The notes beneath the pieces were generated by a model, which saw only the letters and a list, made by a program, of their open reading frames with translations, did not search any database and was not told where the DNA came from. A stretch of 64,000 nt of DNA from an uncultured Bifidobacteriaceae bacterium (lineage in GTDB: Bacteria > Verrucomicrobiota > Verrucomicrobiia > Limisphaerales > SIBH01): positions 3,773 through 67,772 of the forward strand of contig CAYQWK010000001.1 in assembly GCA_964420805.1 (NCBI GenBank). Direction: 5' to 3'. The position numbers and the translations under genes are program-made. This document shows positions 55,398-64,000 of the stretch, piece by piece (within the stretch, counting starts at the first letter, position 1; every line of letters starts with the position of its first letter).

Positions 55398-56831
55398 TTA
55401 CAGGCGAGTTCCAATCAAGCCGCCAGTAAGCTTGCCGAGCAACCGCATCCGTCTTTGAGACCGCGCCTCCTTCACCAGCGCCGGAAGAGCCTTGTCCATA
55501 AACGGTCCCGAACCCGTCGCCATGCAAATCAGACCCGCGTCCGCGCGGGTATTCGCCGCGTGGCCGCCCAGCGGCAGCGATTCGTAAAGCGCGCGGTACG
55601 CGCCAGCCGTCGCCGCGAGGCTGAATCGTTGCGGTGCTTCACGCCGACATTCACCTCGCCACCTCGCCACCGTGGCCGGAGATCGCACCGCAGCAACCAG
55701 CGCGGCCGCGAAACCCTGGACATCCCCCGCCCTCACGAGCGAGCCATTCACGCCATCCGCCACCGCGTCAGGAATGCCGCCCACCTCGTGCGCGATGGGC
55801 GCCACGCCGCAGCACATCGCCTCCAGCAGCACATTCGGCAGGTTGTCCTCCAGCGAAGGCAAAAGCAGCAGGTCGCAGGCGGAGAACATTTTCGCCAGCC
55901 GGACATCCGAGTTGATCCGTCCCAAGGCCCGCACCGGCGCATGGAGTCGCGACAACGATTTCGCCGGGCAGTCGCCGAAGACCAGCAACTGCACGCGCCC
56001 GTCACCCACCGCACGGTCGAACTCCGCGTCCGCCATCGCCGCCGTCACTGCATCAGCCATCACGTCGAGGCCTTTGCGGCGTTCGCCTGAATTGTCCGCG
56101 CCGAACACGATGCAAATCGCGTCGTCGCGCAACCCGAGCTCCCTGCGCGCCGCCGCCTGTTCGTGCGGTCGGAACACCGCCGTGTCGATGCCGTAAGGGA
56201 TCACCGCGGTCCGCCGGCCAGCCATCACGAGGCTCTCCCGCGCGCAATTGGCCAGCCAGCGGCTGGGCGCCACCACCACCAACCGCGCGGGCACGGCATC
56301 GCGCATGTCCGCGACACTGGCGGAGGTGAGCCCGTGCGGCGTGAACCGCAATTGCGGACATTGCTCACAGCCGGAAATGAAACCCGCGCAACCGGCGGAG
56401 AAATGGCACCCGCCGGTCAGCGGGCGCTGGTCGTGCAACGTCCAGACCATCGGCTTACCCGTGGACGCGAGCGCCGCCACACCCGCTGCGGAAAGGAACC
56501 CACACACCCAGTGCAGATGGATCACATCGGCGGACGCGACCAGCGGATGCGCGGATGGATCAAAGCCGGGGCGAGCCACCGAAAATTTCGTGTTCGAGAT
56601 TTCCGTGCGGTTCGCATCCACGCATTCGCGTTGGACCAGCTTCCAATGTGCCTCGCGCCGCTCCGCGCCCGGTTCAACACGGGTTTCGTGGATGGCTTCC
56701 TCCTTCGAGAGCCGCGACCGGGCGAGCATCGCCGACTCGACGCCCGCCTCCCGCAACGCGCGGTGCAATCGATAGGCCGAGCGCGCCGCGCCGCCTTTCG
56801 TGTCCCATGTGCTGAGGTGAACGACGCGCAC
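55398..56831 (-). CDS. Glycosyltransferase, GT4/GT1-type (GT-B fold)
   Basis: GTG start giving (M)RVVHLSTWDTKGGAARSAYRL. The C-terminal half LLLPSLEDNLPNVLLEAMCCGVAPIA matches the E-x7-E region. Confidence 0.85.
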   Translation of the reverse strand: MRVVHLSTWDTKGGAARSAYRLHRALREAGVESAMLARSRLSKEEAIHETRVEPGAERREAHWKLVQRECVDANRTEISNTKFSVARPGFDPSAHPLVASADVIHLHWVCGFLSAAGVAALASTGKPMVWTLHDQRPLTGGCHFSAGCAGFISGCEQCPQLRFTPHGLTSASVADMRDAVPARLVVVAPSRWLANCARESLVMAGRRTAVIPYGIDTAVFRPHEQAAARRELGLRDDAICIVFGADNSGERRKGLDVMADAVTAAMADAEFDRAVGDGRVQLLVFGDCPAKSLSRLHAPVRALGRINSDVRLAKMFSACDLLLLPSLEDNLPNVLLEAMCCGVAPIAHEVGGIPDAVADGVNGSLVRAGDVQGFAAALVAAVRSPATVARWRGECRREAPQRFSLAATAGAYRALYESLPLGGHAANTRADAGLICMATGSGPFMDKALPALVKEARSQRRMRLLGKLTGGLIGTRL

Positions 56832-56834
56832 GGG

Positions 56835-57641
56835 TCAGACGGGCTTCACCGCTTCCATGAAGAGCGAATCCGGCTTGCGAACCGAGCTGTCCGGCAACGC
56901 ATCCAGCCCAAACCCGGCGAACCGGGGAATCGCTGATTCGTCAGCCCGGCAGGCGTGCGCGGAGACAAAACCCGATTCCGCCAGAAGCTTCCCGAGCGAA
57001 TAGCGGTCATACATCCATTTGTGAACCTCGCCCTTCCGTCGGAATTCAACCTCATCGCGGGCCGACGGCGCCGTTTCGTTTTCAACGCCCGGCTTTTTCT
57101 TCCGCCGCGCCTTCTCGATGGCCGACCGCGCCTCCTGACCCATTCGCGCGATGACGAATTCCTCCGCCGGCATCGGTTCCTTGCGCCAATGTTCGAGCAT
57201 CGCGCCGCCGCCGCGGTCACGCACAAGCTGGTCGAGCATTTCGAGGATGATCCATTCGTAGCGCCCGCGCGCCGCGGGATCGCCGGCCAAAGCTCCGGAA
57301 AGATTCTCCAAATACAACCGGGCGATGCCTTCCAGGTCCGGCACCACCACGCGGAGAATTCCTCCCGGCTTCAGCACGCGATGGCATTCCCGTATGAAAC
57401 CCGGCGCGGCGCGGCGAGGCAGGTGTTCCAACACGTGCGAGTGGTAAACGACGGAGAAGCTCGAATCGCTGAAGGGCAGCTTCTCGCGCAAGTCGTGCTT
57501 GATGACATCCGGGTCGGAGGAGACGAAATCCACATTCACCCAGTCGCGATGGAAACACCCCCCGCAGCCCAGATTCAGGAAATCCAGTTTGCCGGCCGGG
57601 AGTGAGGCGCGATTACTTGACCATCCAAACACCGGTTTCAT
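56835..57641 (-). CDS. Class I SAM-dependent methyltransferase
   Basis: LNLGCGGCFHRDWVNVD is motif I (GxGxG), with FSVVYSHVLEHL-type and LKPGGILRVVVPD motifs. Confidence 0.8.
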   Translation of the reverse strand: MKPVFGWSSNRASLPAGKLDFLNLGCGGCFHRDWVNVDFVSSDPDVIKHDLREKLPFSDSSFSVVYHSHVLEHLPRRAAPGFIRECHRVLKPGGILRVVVPDLEGIARLYLENLSGALAGDPAARGRYEWIILEMLDQLVRDRGGGAMLEHWRKEPMPAEEFVIARMGQEARSAIEKARRKKKPGVENETAPSARDEVEFRRKGEVHKWMYDRYSLGKLLAESGFVSAHACRADESAIPRFAGFGLDALPDSSVRKPDSLFMEAVKPV

Positions 57642-58581
57642 CGATGTCGTGCAAATTGAAATGAAGCTGCCGCTTCGCCTCGAACTCCGTCACCGCGCGC
57701 TTGCAGCCTTCCCAGAAACCGTAGTCGTCGATCTGGATGCGCCCGCCGGCGACAACCTGGTCGAACAAGTTCTCCAGAATGTCGCGAGTCGAGGAATACC
57801 AGTCGCCATCCATGTGCAGCAGTGCGATGGGGCCAAACCGTCCGCGGTTCGCGGGCAACGTCTGCTCGAACAGACCTTGGACCGGCTCTACCAGATCGCG
57901 CACGCCCATCTTGCGGCAGAGCTGATCGAGCGACTCCATCGGCGCGGAACACGTGCCGGTGCCCCAGCCCGTTTCTTCGGCCTGCCGTCCGCGATGCGTG
58001 TCGTGTTCGGACGCGGGCGGCATCCCCTGAAAGCTGTCGCAGGCGAACAGCCTTCGTTCGCGCCGGCTGTGGCGGCGGATCACTGTCGCCAGCAACGCGG
58101 AGGAACCGCCGGCCGCCACGCCGCACTCGACGAAGTTCCCCGGCAGATCATCCGCGCAAACCTCCTTCGCGCGTTGGAAGATCGACCACAGGCGGGCCGG
58201 GCCGACCATCGTGTTCTCGCGAATCTCCGCGTAGAGCTTCTTGAACTCCTCGTCACCCGGAACCTCCACCGGCCGCAGCTTGCGCGTCAGTTCCTCCAGC
58301 AACGCCCGCGCGCCGGCGTGTTCGGGGAAATAGCGCAGTTCCTCGCGCAACGCCTGCGCCGCCGCGTTCAACTGCTTCTTCCGCTGGAAATAGAGGGCGC
58401 GCAGATAATCGACGTTGCGCGTGCCCGCGCTCCGGGCCTTCAAGGTGTTAAGCCAGTCGAACACCGCCTCGTCCTCGCCGGACGCGAGCCAGTCGCGCAT
58501 CTGCGCGCAGCCGGCCTCGTTGTCCACGGGGATGGGCGCGAACGCCGGGCCGGACGAGAAAATTTTTCGCAAGATGGACAT
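57613..58581 (-). CDS. TylF/MycF-like (macrocin-O-methyltransferase family) methyltransferase
   Basis: Trimmed to the ATG at 58581 (MSILRKIF). GNFVECGVAAGGSSALL, ACDSFQGMP and LLHMDGDWYSST are TylF-family motifs. Confidence 0.8.
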   Translation of the reverse strand: MSILRKIFSSGPAFAPIPVDNEAGCAQMRDWLASGEDEAVFDWLNTLKARSAGTRNVDYLRALYFQRKKQLNAAAQALREELRYFPEHAGARALLEELTRKLRPVEVPGDEEFKKLYAEIRENTMVGPARLWSIFQRAKEVCADDLPGNFVECGVAAGGSSALLATVIRRHSRRERRLFACDSFQGMPPASEHDTHRGRQAEETGWGTGTCSAPMESLDQLCRKMGVRDLVEPVQGLFEQTLPANRGRFGPIALLHMDGDWYSSTRDILENLFDQVVAGGRIQIDDYGFWEGCKRAVTEFEAKRQLHFNLHDIDETGVWMVK

Positions 58582-58585
58582 GGTA

Positions 58586-59383
58586 TCAGTTCCAAAGCGG
58601 CCGCACTTCCCGGCCCAGCACGGATTCAAGCTCGCGGATGTCGGCCGCGTACCGTTCGAGCAATTCCTTCCGCAGCACGGGATCGAGTGCCGTGTTGTCC
58701 GCGCTGGCGTTATGAACCTCGATCGCGGGCCGGAACCCGGCGTCCACGCCGAGAAACGCGAACGACTCGCGCACATGCCGTTCCGCCCCGGCAACAAACT
58801 CTTCGAACACCATCACCTTCACACGATCGCGTCCAAAGGTGTCAAAGAACCGCCGCACCTGCGCGCTGTAGAGGCCGGAGTGAAAGTAAAGGTAGTTGCC
58901 GAAATAATGCCGGCAGCCGGATTGAAACGCCGGATCACCCATCCGCTTCGTCTCCATCCCCACGGCTTCCATGAAATCAGCCACCGGCTCGTGCCCCTTG
59001 TCGCGCAACCGCTTAAACAGCGAGAACGCGCGCACGGCCGGGTTGCGCAGCATGATCAGGATTCGCGCCTCCGGTATCTCCGCCTTGATCCGCCCGGCCG
59101 CCTCGGGCGCAGTGAGGTAAGGACCCGAAGCTTCGCCAACCATGCGGCGGTTGCCCGCGTCCCGGAACAGCGCGAGATACTTCTTCCGCGACTTCATCCC
59201 GTAATGGTCGCAAAAGTACGATGGTTCCTTCTTCCGGAAATCCGGCGGCATGAAGATGTCCGGGTGTTGCCGCAGGTATTCCCAAAGGGACGTCGTCCCG
59301 GCCCGCGCCGCGCCGGCAATAAAGAAGTTTGGCATCCGGCCCGGGGGCAGGAACCAACTCTTCATTTCATTCCAGACGCGCAT
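58586..59383 (-). CDS. Sulfotransferase-family protein (start 59383 or 59365)
   Basis: PNFFIAGAARAGTTSLWEYL is a 5'-PSB (PAPS phosphate) loop, and ILIMLRNPAVRAFS is a 3'-PB region. Confidence 0.8.
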   Translation of the reverse strand: MRVWNEMKSWFLPPGRMPNFFIAGAARAGTTSLWEYLRQHPDIFMPPDFRKKEPSYFCDHYGMKSRKKYLALFRDAGNRRMVGEASGPYLTAPEAAGRIKAEIPEARILIMLRNPAVRAFSLFKRLRDKGHEPVADFMEAVGMETKRMGDPAFQSGCRHYFGNYLYFHSGLYSAQVRRFFDTFGRDRVKVMVFEEFVAGAERHVRESFAFLGVDAGFRPAIEVHNASADNTALDPVLRKELLERYAADIRELESVLGREVRPLWN

Positions 59384-59446
59384 GGTCGTGCAGTGTCCAA
59401 TTCCGGTTTCATGGCGCAAGGCTTTTCCCCGCCACCCGCCGCCGAC

Positions 59447-60244
59447 TCACCATTGCAGCGACGATTCGTAACCCGTCTTGATGAGCATCCGTCCGAACCG
59501 TTCCTTGAATACCTTCTTTTCCGCGTCACCGAAGAGCTCACGCCAGTTTCCGCTCCCACCCTTGCGCACGAAGGCGATTTCCGGCCTGCCGGGATCACTG
59601 TAGCCAAGCCCCTTCTTCTTCTCGACCGCTTTCATCCGCTCGAACGAGGACTCGTCCACCGCGCGTTGAATTTCCTCCAGACTGCATTTCAACCCGCCAA
59701 ACGCCGCGATCTTCGTTACCTCGCCCACCGGATTCGCCATCAACTGCTCGTAGCGGATCACGCAAATCCGGTCCAGGTGCGGGTTTTGGAACAGCCACGA
59801 CTCCACATGGCGGTCCCATTCCAGCCGGCGTTCGTCGGCGAGGAAATCCAGCAGCGTGCCGGAAAAATTCTCGAACTTCTGGTGGTGAAAGAAGAACGAC
59901 ACCATCACGTCCCGCCCGTCGCGCAGCATGTAGATCACCCGCGGGCATTCGGCCACGAACTCGGAGTGCGAGCGCATGAAACGCGGAGAGGGCAGCCTCT
60001 CGTAGTTCACGCCCTTCTCGACGGCATGCTGCGAAATCTCCGGCACCGCGTGCTGCACGGTCAGGAAATCCACGTCCGTCTTCCTCGCCTGCAAATGGCT
60101 GATGATGAACCGCAGCCAGGTGCTGCCGGACTTCGGGTACGAAGCGATCACCACATCGTCAGGCCGATACGGAAACTGCGCGACGAAATCACGGCCGGAG
60201 ACTCTCTTCCGGCCGGGCTTCACCAGTTTTTTCAACAACGACAT
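59447..60244 (-). CDS. Sulfotransferase-domain protein
   Basis: VIASYPKSGSTWLRFII is the canonical PKSGTTW-type PAPS loop, with VIYMLRDGRDVMVSFF and RKGGSGNWRELF. Confidence 0.85.
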   Translation of the reverse strand: MSLLKKLVKPGRKRVSGRDFVAQFPYRPDDVVIASYPKSGSTWLRFIISHLQARKTDVDFLTVQHAVPEISQHAVEKGVNYERLPSPRFMRSHSEFVAECPRVIYMLRDGRDVMVSFFFHHQKFENFSGTLLDFLADERRLEWDRHVESWLFQNPHLDRICVIRYEQLMANPVGEVTKIAAFGGLKCSLEEIQRAVDESSFERMKAVEKKKGLGYSDPGRPEIAFVRKGGSGNWRELFGDAEKKVFKERFGRMLIKTGYESSLQW

Positions 60245-60400
60245 GCGCGCGAATGGTCGGGGACACCCCACGGCAATTCAACTCGCAATGCTCGATTGGT
60301 CAGCCACCAAATCCTCATTCAGTCCCTCCTGCCTCTTTGAATCCATCCCCATCGACCAGACTCATTGCCGGAACCCGCGCGGCCTGCCTACTCTCGCGCC

Positions 60401-62545
60401 ATGAAAGCCCTTTCGCTGCTGCCCGTCGTCGCGTCTCTCGCCATCCCCTGCCCTGCGGCGGAAATCCCGGTCGTGGACAAGACACTGATCGCGTGGGTCA
60501 CGCCCTCGAATCTTACTCAGCGCGGCGGCAGCGTGCTGACCATCGAGGATGCCGAGGCGCACTTTGATGGCATCGTGTTTGGCGAACTCGCCCCGGCGCG
60601 CTGGATGGCCGGCAGCGATTTTCACCGGCGCACACGGCGCGAGCAGGCCAACGCGCCCTCGGAAACCGCCGATGCGGCCGCGCTCGTTCAAATCGCCGTG
60701 GTCAACCGCGGGCCGGAAGTGACCGTGTATCGCAATGGCGTCGAATATTCGCGCCACGTCATCGCGCAACCGCAGGTGTTCGACGAGAACAGCTTCGTCC
60801 TCATCGGCCCGCGGCATCGGAACCAGAAGGACTTCTTCACCGGCACGGTGGAAGATGCGCGCATCTATGCCAGCGCCTTGAGCTGCGGGCAAATCGCCAG
60901 CCTCAAACCAGACGAGGAAGGGCCGTTCAAACCGTGGGCATGGTGGACCTTCGAGGGGAACAATCCCGCGGATCGCACGGGGCGTTTTCCCCGCGCGCAA
61001 TTGGCAGGCGGCGCGGAACTGCGCCAGGGCCGACTCGTCTTGAATGGGGCGGGTGCTACCTTCACCGCCAGCCGGCGCCAGGGCCAGGCCGATGACGAGG
61101 AATGGACGCTCCATTACCATCTCATGCATCCGGGCGGTCACAGTCTGCCGGGCGACCCGAATGCCGCCTTTCAGCTCGATGGCGTTTATCATCTTCACTA
61201 CATCATCAGCCATCCGTGGGAGGGGCGAACCTCGTTCTCGTTCGTGCATGTCACCAGCACGGACATGCTGCACTGGACATGGCAGCCGACTAAGCTCCAG
61301 CCAGCCTTCACCGGGCACGGCATGTTCAGCGGCACGGGCTTCATCACCAAGGAAGGCCGGCCGGCCGCCATCTATCATGGGCAAGGCTCGGGCCGGAACC
61401 AGATCGCCATCGCCACCGACCGAAAACTCAGCGCGTGGGAAAAACCCTACGCAGTCGATGTGAGGGACGCCGCGGGCAATGAAGCAAAAATGAACCATTG
61501 GGATCCCGATTGCTTCCAGATTGGCGACAACTACTACGCGATCTCAGGCGGCGAGAACCCGCCGTTGCTCAAATCGGCGGACCTCAAGCGATGGACCCGC
61601 GTGGGCAATTTCCTCCAGCGGGACCTCCCAGACGTGGCGCGCGGCGAGGACATTTCCTGCCCCAACTTCTTCCCGCTCGGCAACAAATGGATGCTGCTCT
61701 GCATCAGCCACGACCTCGGCTGCCGCTACTACCTCGGCGACTGGGACGCGAAGGCCGAGCAATTCGTGCCGCAGCAACATGGCCGCATGAACTGGCGCCG
61801 GGAAACGCAGAGCGTCTTCAGTCGCCAATCCTGGCGCGTGGATTTCTTCGCGCCCGAAAGTGTCCTCACGCCCGACGGTCGCCGCGTCATGTGGGCCTGG
61901 TGCGCCACCCTTGATCGCAACGACGGCGCAATGAGCGGACGCACCATCCAGTCCCTGCCCCGTGAACTGAGCCTCTCCGCCGACGGCGGTCTGCGCATCA
62001 AACCCCTGCGTGAACTCGAATCCCTCCGCCATGATCCCGTGACGTTGCACAACGTCTCCCTGGGCGGCCCGCTGCGCGAACTGCGGGCCGACCGAAGCCC
62101 GGCCGGAACACGCCTTCTCGAACTCACCAACGACGCGGTGGAATTACACCTCGTCATCCCGCGCGAACAGGCGGAACGAAAACTCCTTGGCTTCACCGTC
62201 TTTGCTGACGGCAAGGGCGGCGGACTGCCGATCGTGCTGCGACCGGAAACCGCCGCGCTGCGCGTCGGCACGGCGGAAGCGCCCTTCTCCGTCGCGGATT
62301 TGCCGCCCGGCGAGGACGTGGACCTTCGCATCTTCGTGGACCGCCAGATTGTCGAGGTCTTCGCCAACAACCGCCAGGCGATGATCGCCGCGCAACGCGG
62401 CCCCGCTGCCGGCACCGGTTTCAATGGCTTCACCATCGGCGCGCCCACCACGTTGAAGAAGGTCGAACTGTGGCGGCTCCGCCCAACCAACCAGGGCTTT
62501 CTCGAAGCGCGCACCAACCGGATCTGGGAGCCCTCGACCAAGTGA
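60401..62545 (+). CDS. Secreted LamG/concanavalin-like domain + GH32-like five-bladed propeller glycoside hydrolase
   Basis: Signal peptide MKALSLLPVVASLAIPCPAA. The N-domain has GTVEDARIYASAL, typical of LamG. HLMHPGGHSLPGDPNAAFQLDGVYHLHY corresponds to the WMNDPNG...YHLFYQ block, HWDPDCF to the RDP block, and ISCPNFFPL to the ECP block with Ser in place of Glu. Confidence 0.75.
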   Translation: MKALSLLPVVASLAIPCPAAEIPVVDKTLIAWVTPSNLTQRGGSVLTIEDAEAHFDGIVFGELAPARWMAGSDFHRRTRREQANAPSETADAAALVQIAVVNRGPEVTVYRNGVEYSRHVIAQPQVFDENSFVLIGPRHRNQKDFFTGTVEDARIYASALSCGQIASLKPDEEGPFKPWAWWTFEGNNPADRTGRFPRAQLAGGAELRQGRLVLNGAGATFTASRRQGQADDEEWTLHYHLMHPGGHSLPGDPNAAFQLDGVYHLHYIISHPWEGRTSFSFVHVTSTDMLHWTWQPTKLQPAFTGHGMFSGTGFITKEGRPAAIYHGQGSGRNQIAIATDRKLSAWEKPYAVDVRDAAGNEAKMNHWDPDCFQIGDNYYAISGGENPPLLKSADLKRWTRVGNFLQRDLPDVARGEDISCPNFFPLGNKWMLLCISHDLGCRYYLGDWDAKAEQFVPQQHGRMNWRRETQSVFSRQSWRVDFFAPESVLTPDGRRVMWAWCATLDRNDGAMSGRTIQSLPRELSLSADGGLRIKPLRELESLRHDPVTLHNVSLGGPLRELRADRSPAGTRLLELTNDAVELHLVIPREQAERKLLGFTVFADGKGGGLPIVLRPETAALRVGTAEAPFSVADLPPGEDVDLRIFVDRQIVEVFANNRQAMIAAQRGPAAGTGFNGFTIGAPTTLKKVELWRLRPTNQGFLEARTNRIWEPSTK

Positions 62546-62742
62546 TCTCCTTTGCTAGAATGTTACGGCAGGCCGTGCCGCCCCTTTCGCGGTGATGACC
62601 GGGCGCGAGGCGTAAGCATCGCGCCAAGTGTCCCTCACCGGAGCAGATATGCATGTCGTGGCATCTTGCTATGACAACGAAGAACATGCGGTTCGAGATG
62701 ATGCCCGCATGAAACACACCCCGTAATCGAAGCATCAATTAC

Positions 62743-64000
<1,258 letters not shown>

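Overview
This is a 64-kb, high-GC (roughly 60-65% by eye) chromosomal segment. The gene content is TAT-signal Gfo/Idh/MocA oxidoreductases, a formylglycine-type sulfatase, giant LTD/CotH/Ig-repeat secreted proteins, short FN3 proteins and GC-rich REP hairpins. This points to a PVC-group bacterium, most likely Verrucomicrobiota; the taxon call is inference only. I call about 46 protein genes or gene remnants and found no rRNA, tRNA or CRISPR. Layout: (a) 0-37.5 kb is an accessory, secretome-heavy region. It holds secreted hypotheticals, two TAT oxidoreductases, a sulfatase, a PhoA-type phosphatase, a TonB-dependent receptor plus TonB, a low-GC orphan gene, a phosphatase/cytochrome c' fusion, two HupE/UreJ genes, an FN3 protein family and two giant adhesin-like enzymes. 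(b) 37.7-55.4 kb is ordinary housekeeping: class II aldolase + rhamnulokinase, rhodanese, trxB, an ABC exporter, a response regulator, a TrpG/PabA-type amidotransferase, typA, PP2C, MarC, ferredoxin, sppA, upp and an M24 peptidase. (c) 55.4-60.3 kb is a glycan-modification cassette (GT4, two methyltransferases, two sulfotransferases). It is followed by a GH32-like gene and a partial uvrB. Most noteworthy observations: (1) a single in-frame TAG at 33557-33559 sits inside a conserved domain and splits what reads as one ~2,140-codon LTD-CotH gene; (2) that gene lies next to a 1,631-aa protein ending in an ENPP/AP-type phosphodiesterase on the same accessory-domain scaffold; (3) three sequence-unrelated tandem arrays of short palindromic sites have exact periods of 21, 84 and 42 bp, in long non-coding gaps next to REP hairpins, FN3-family genes or gene remnants; (4) a visibly low-GC 432-aa coiled-coil orphan sits directly downstream of a decayed FN3-family copy; (5) an 858-aa secreted protein has a papain-like Cys/His signature and a DUF2135-like tail, followed by a small paralogue of one of its domains. 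All functional assignments rest on motif recognition by eye; no database search was run.
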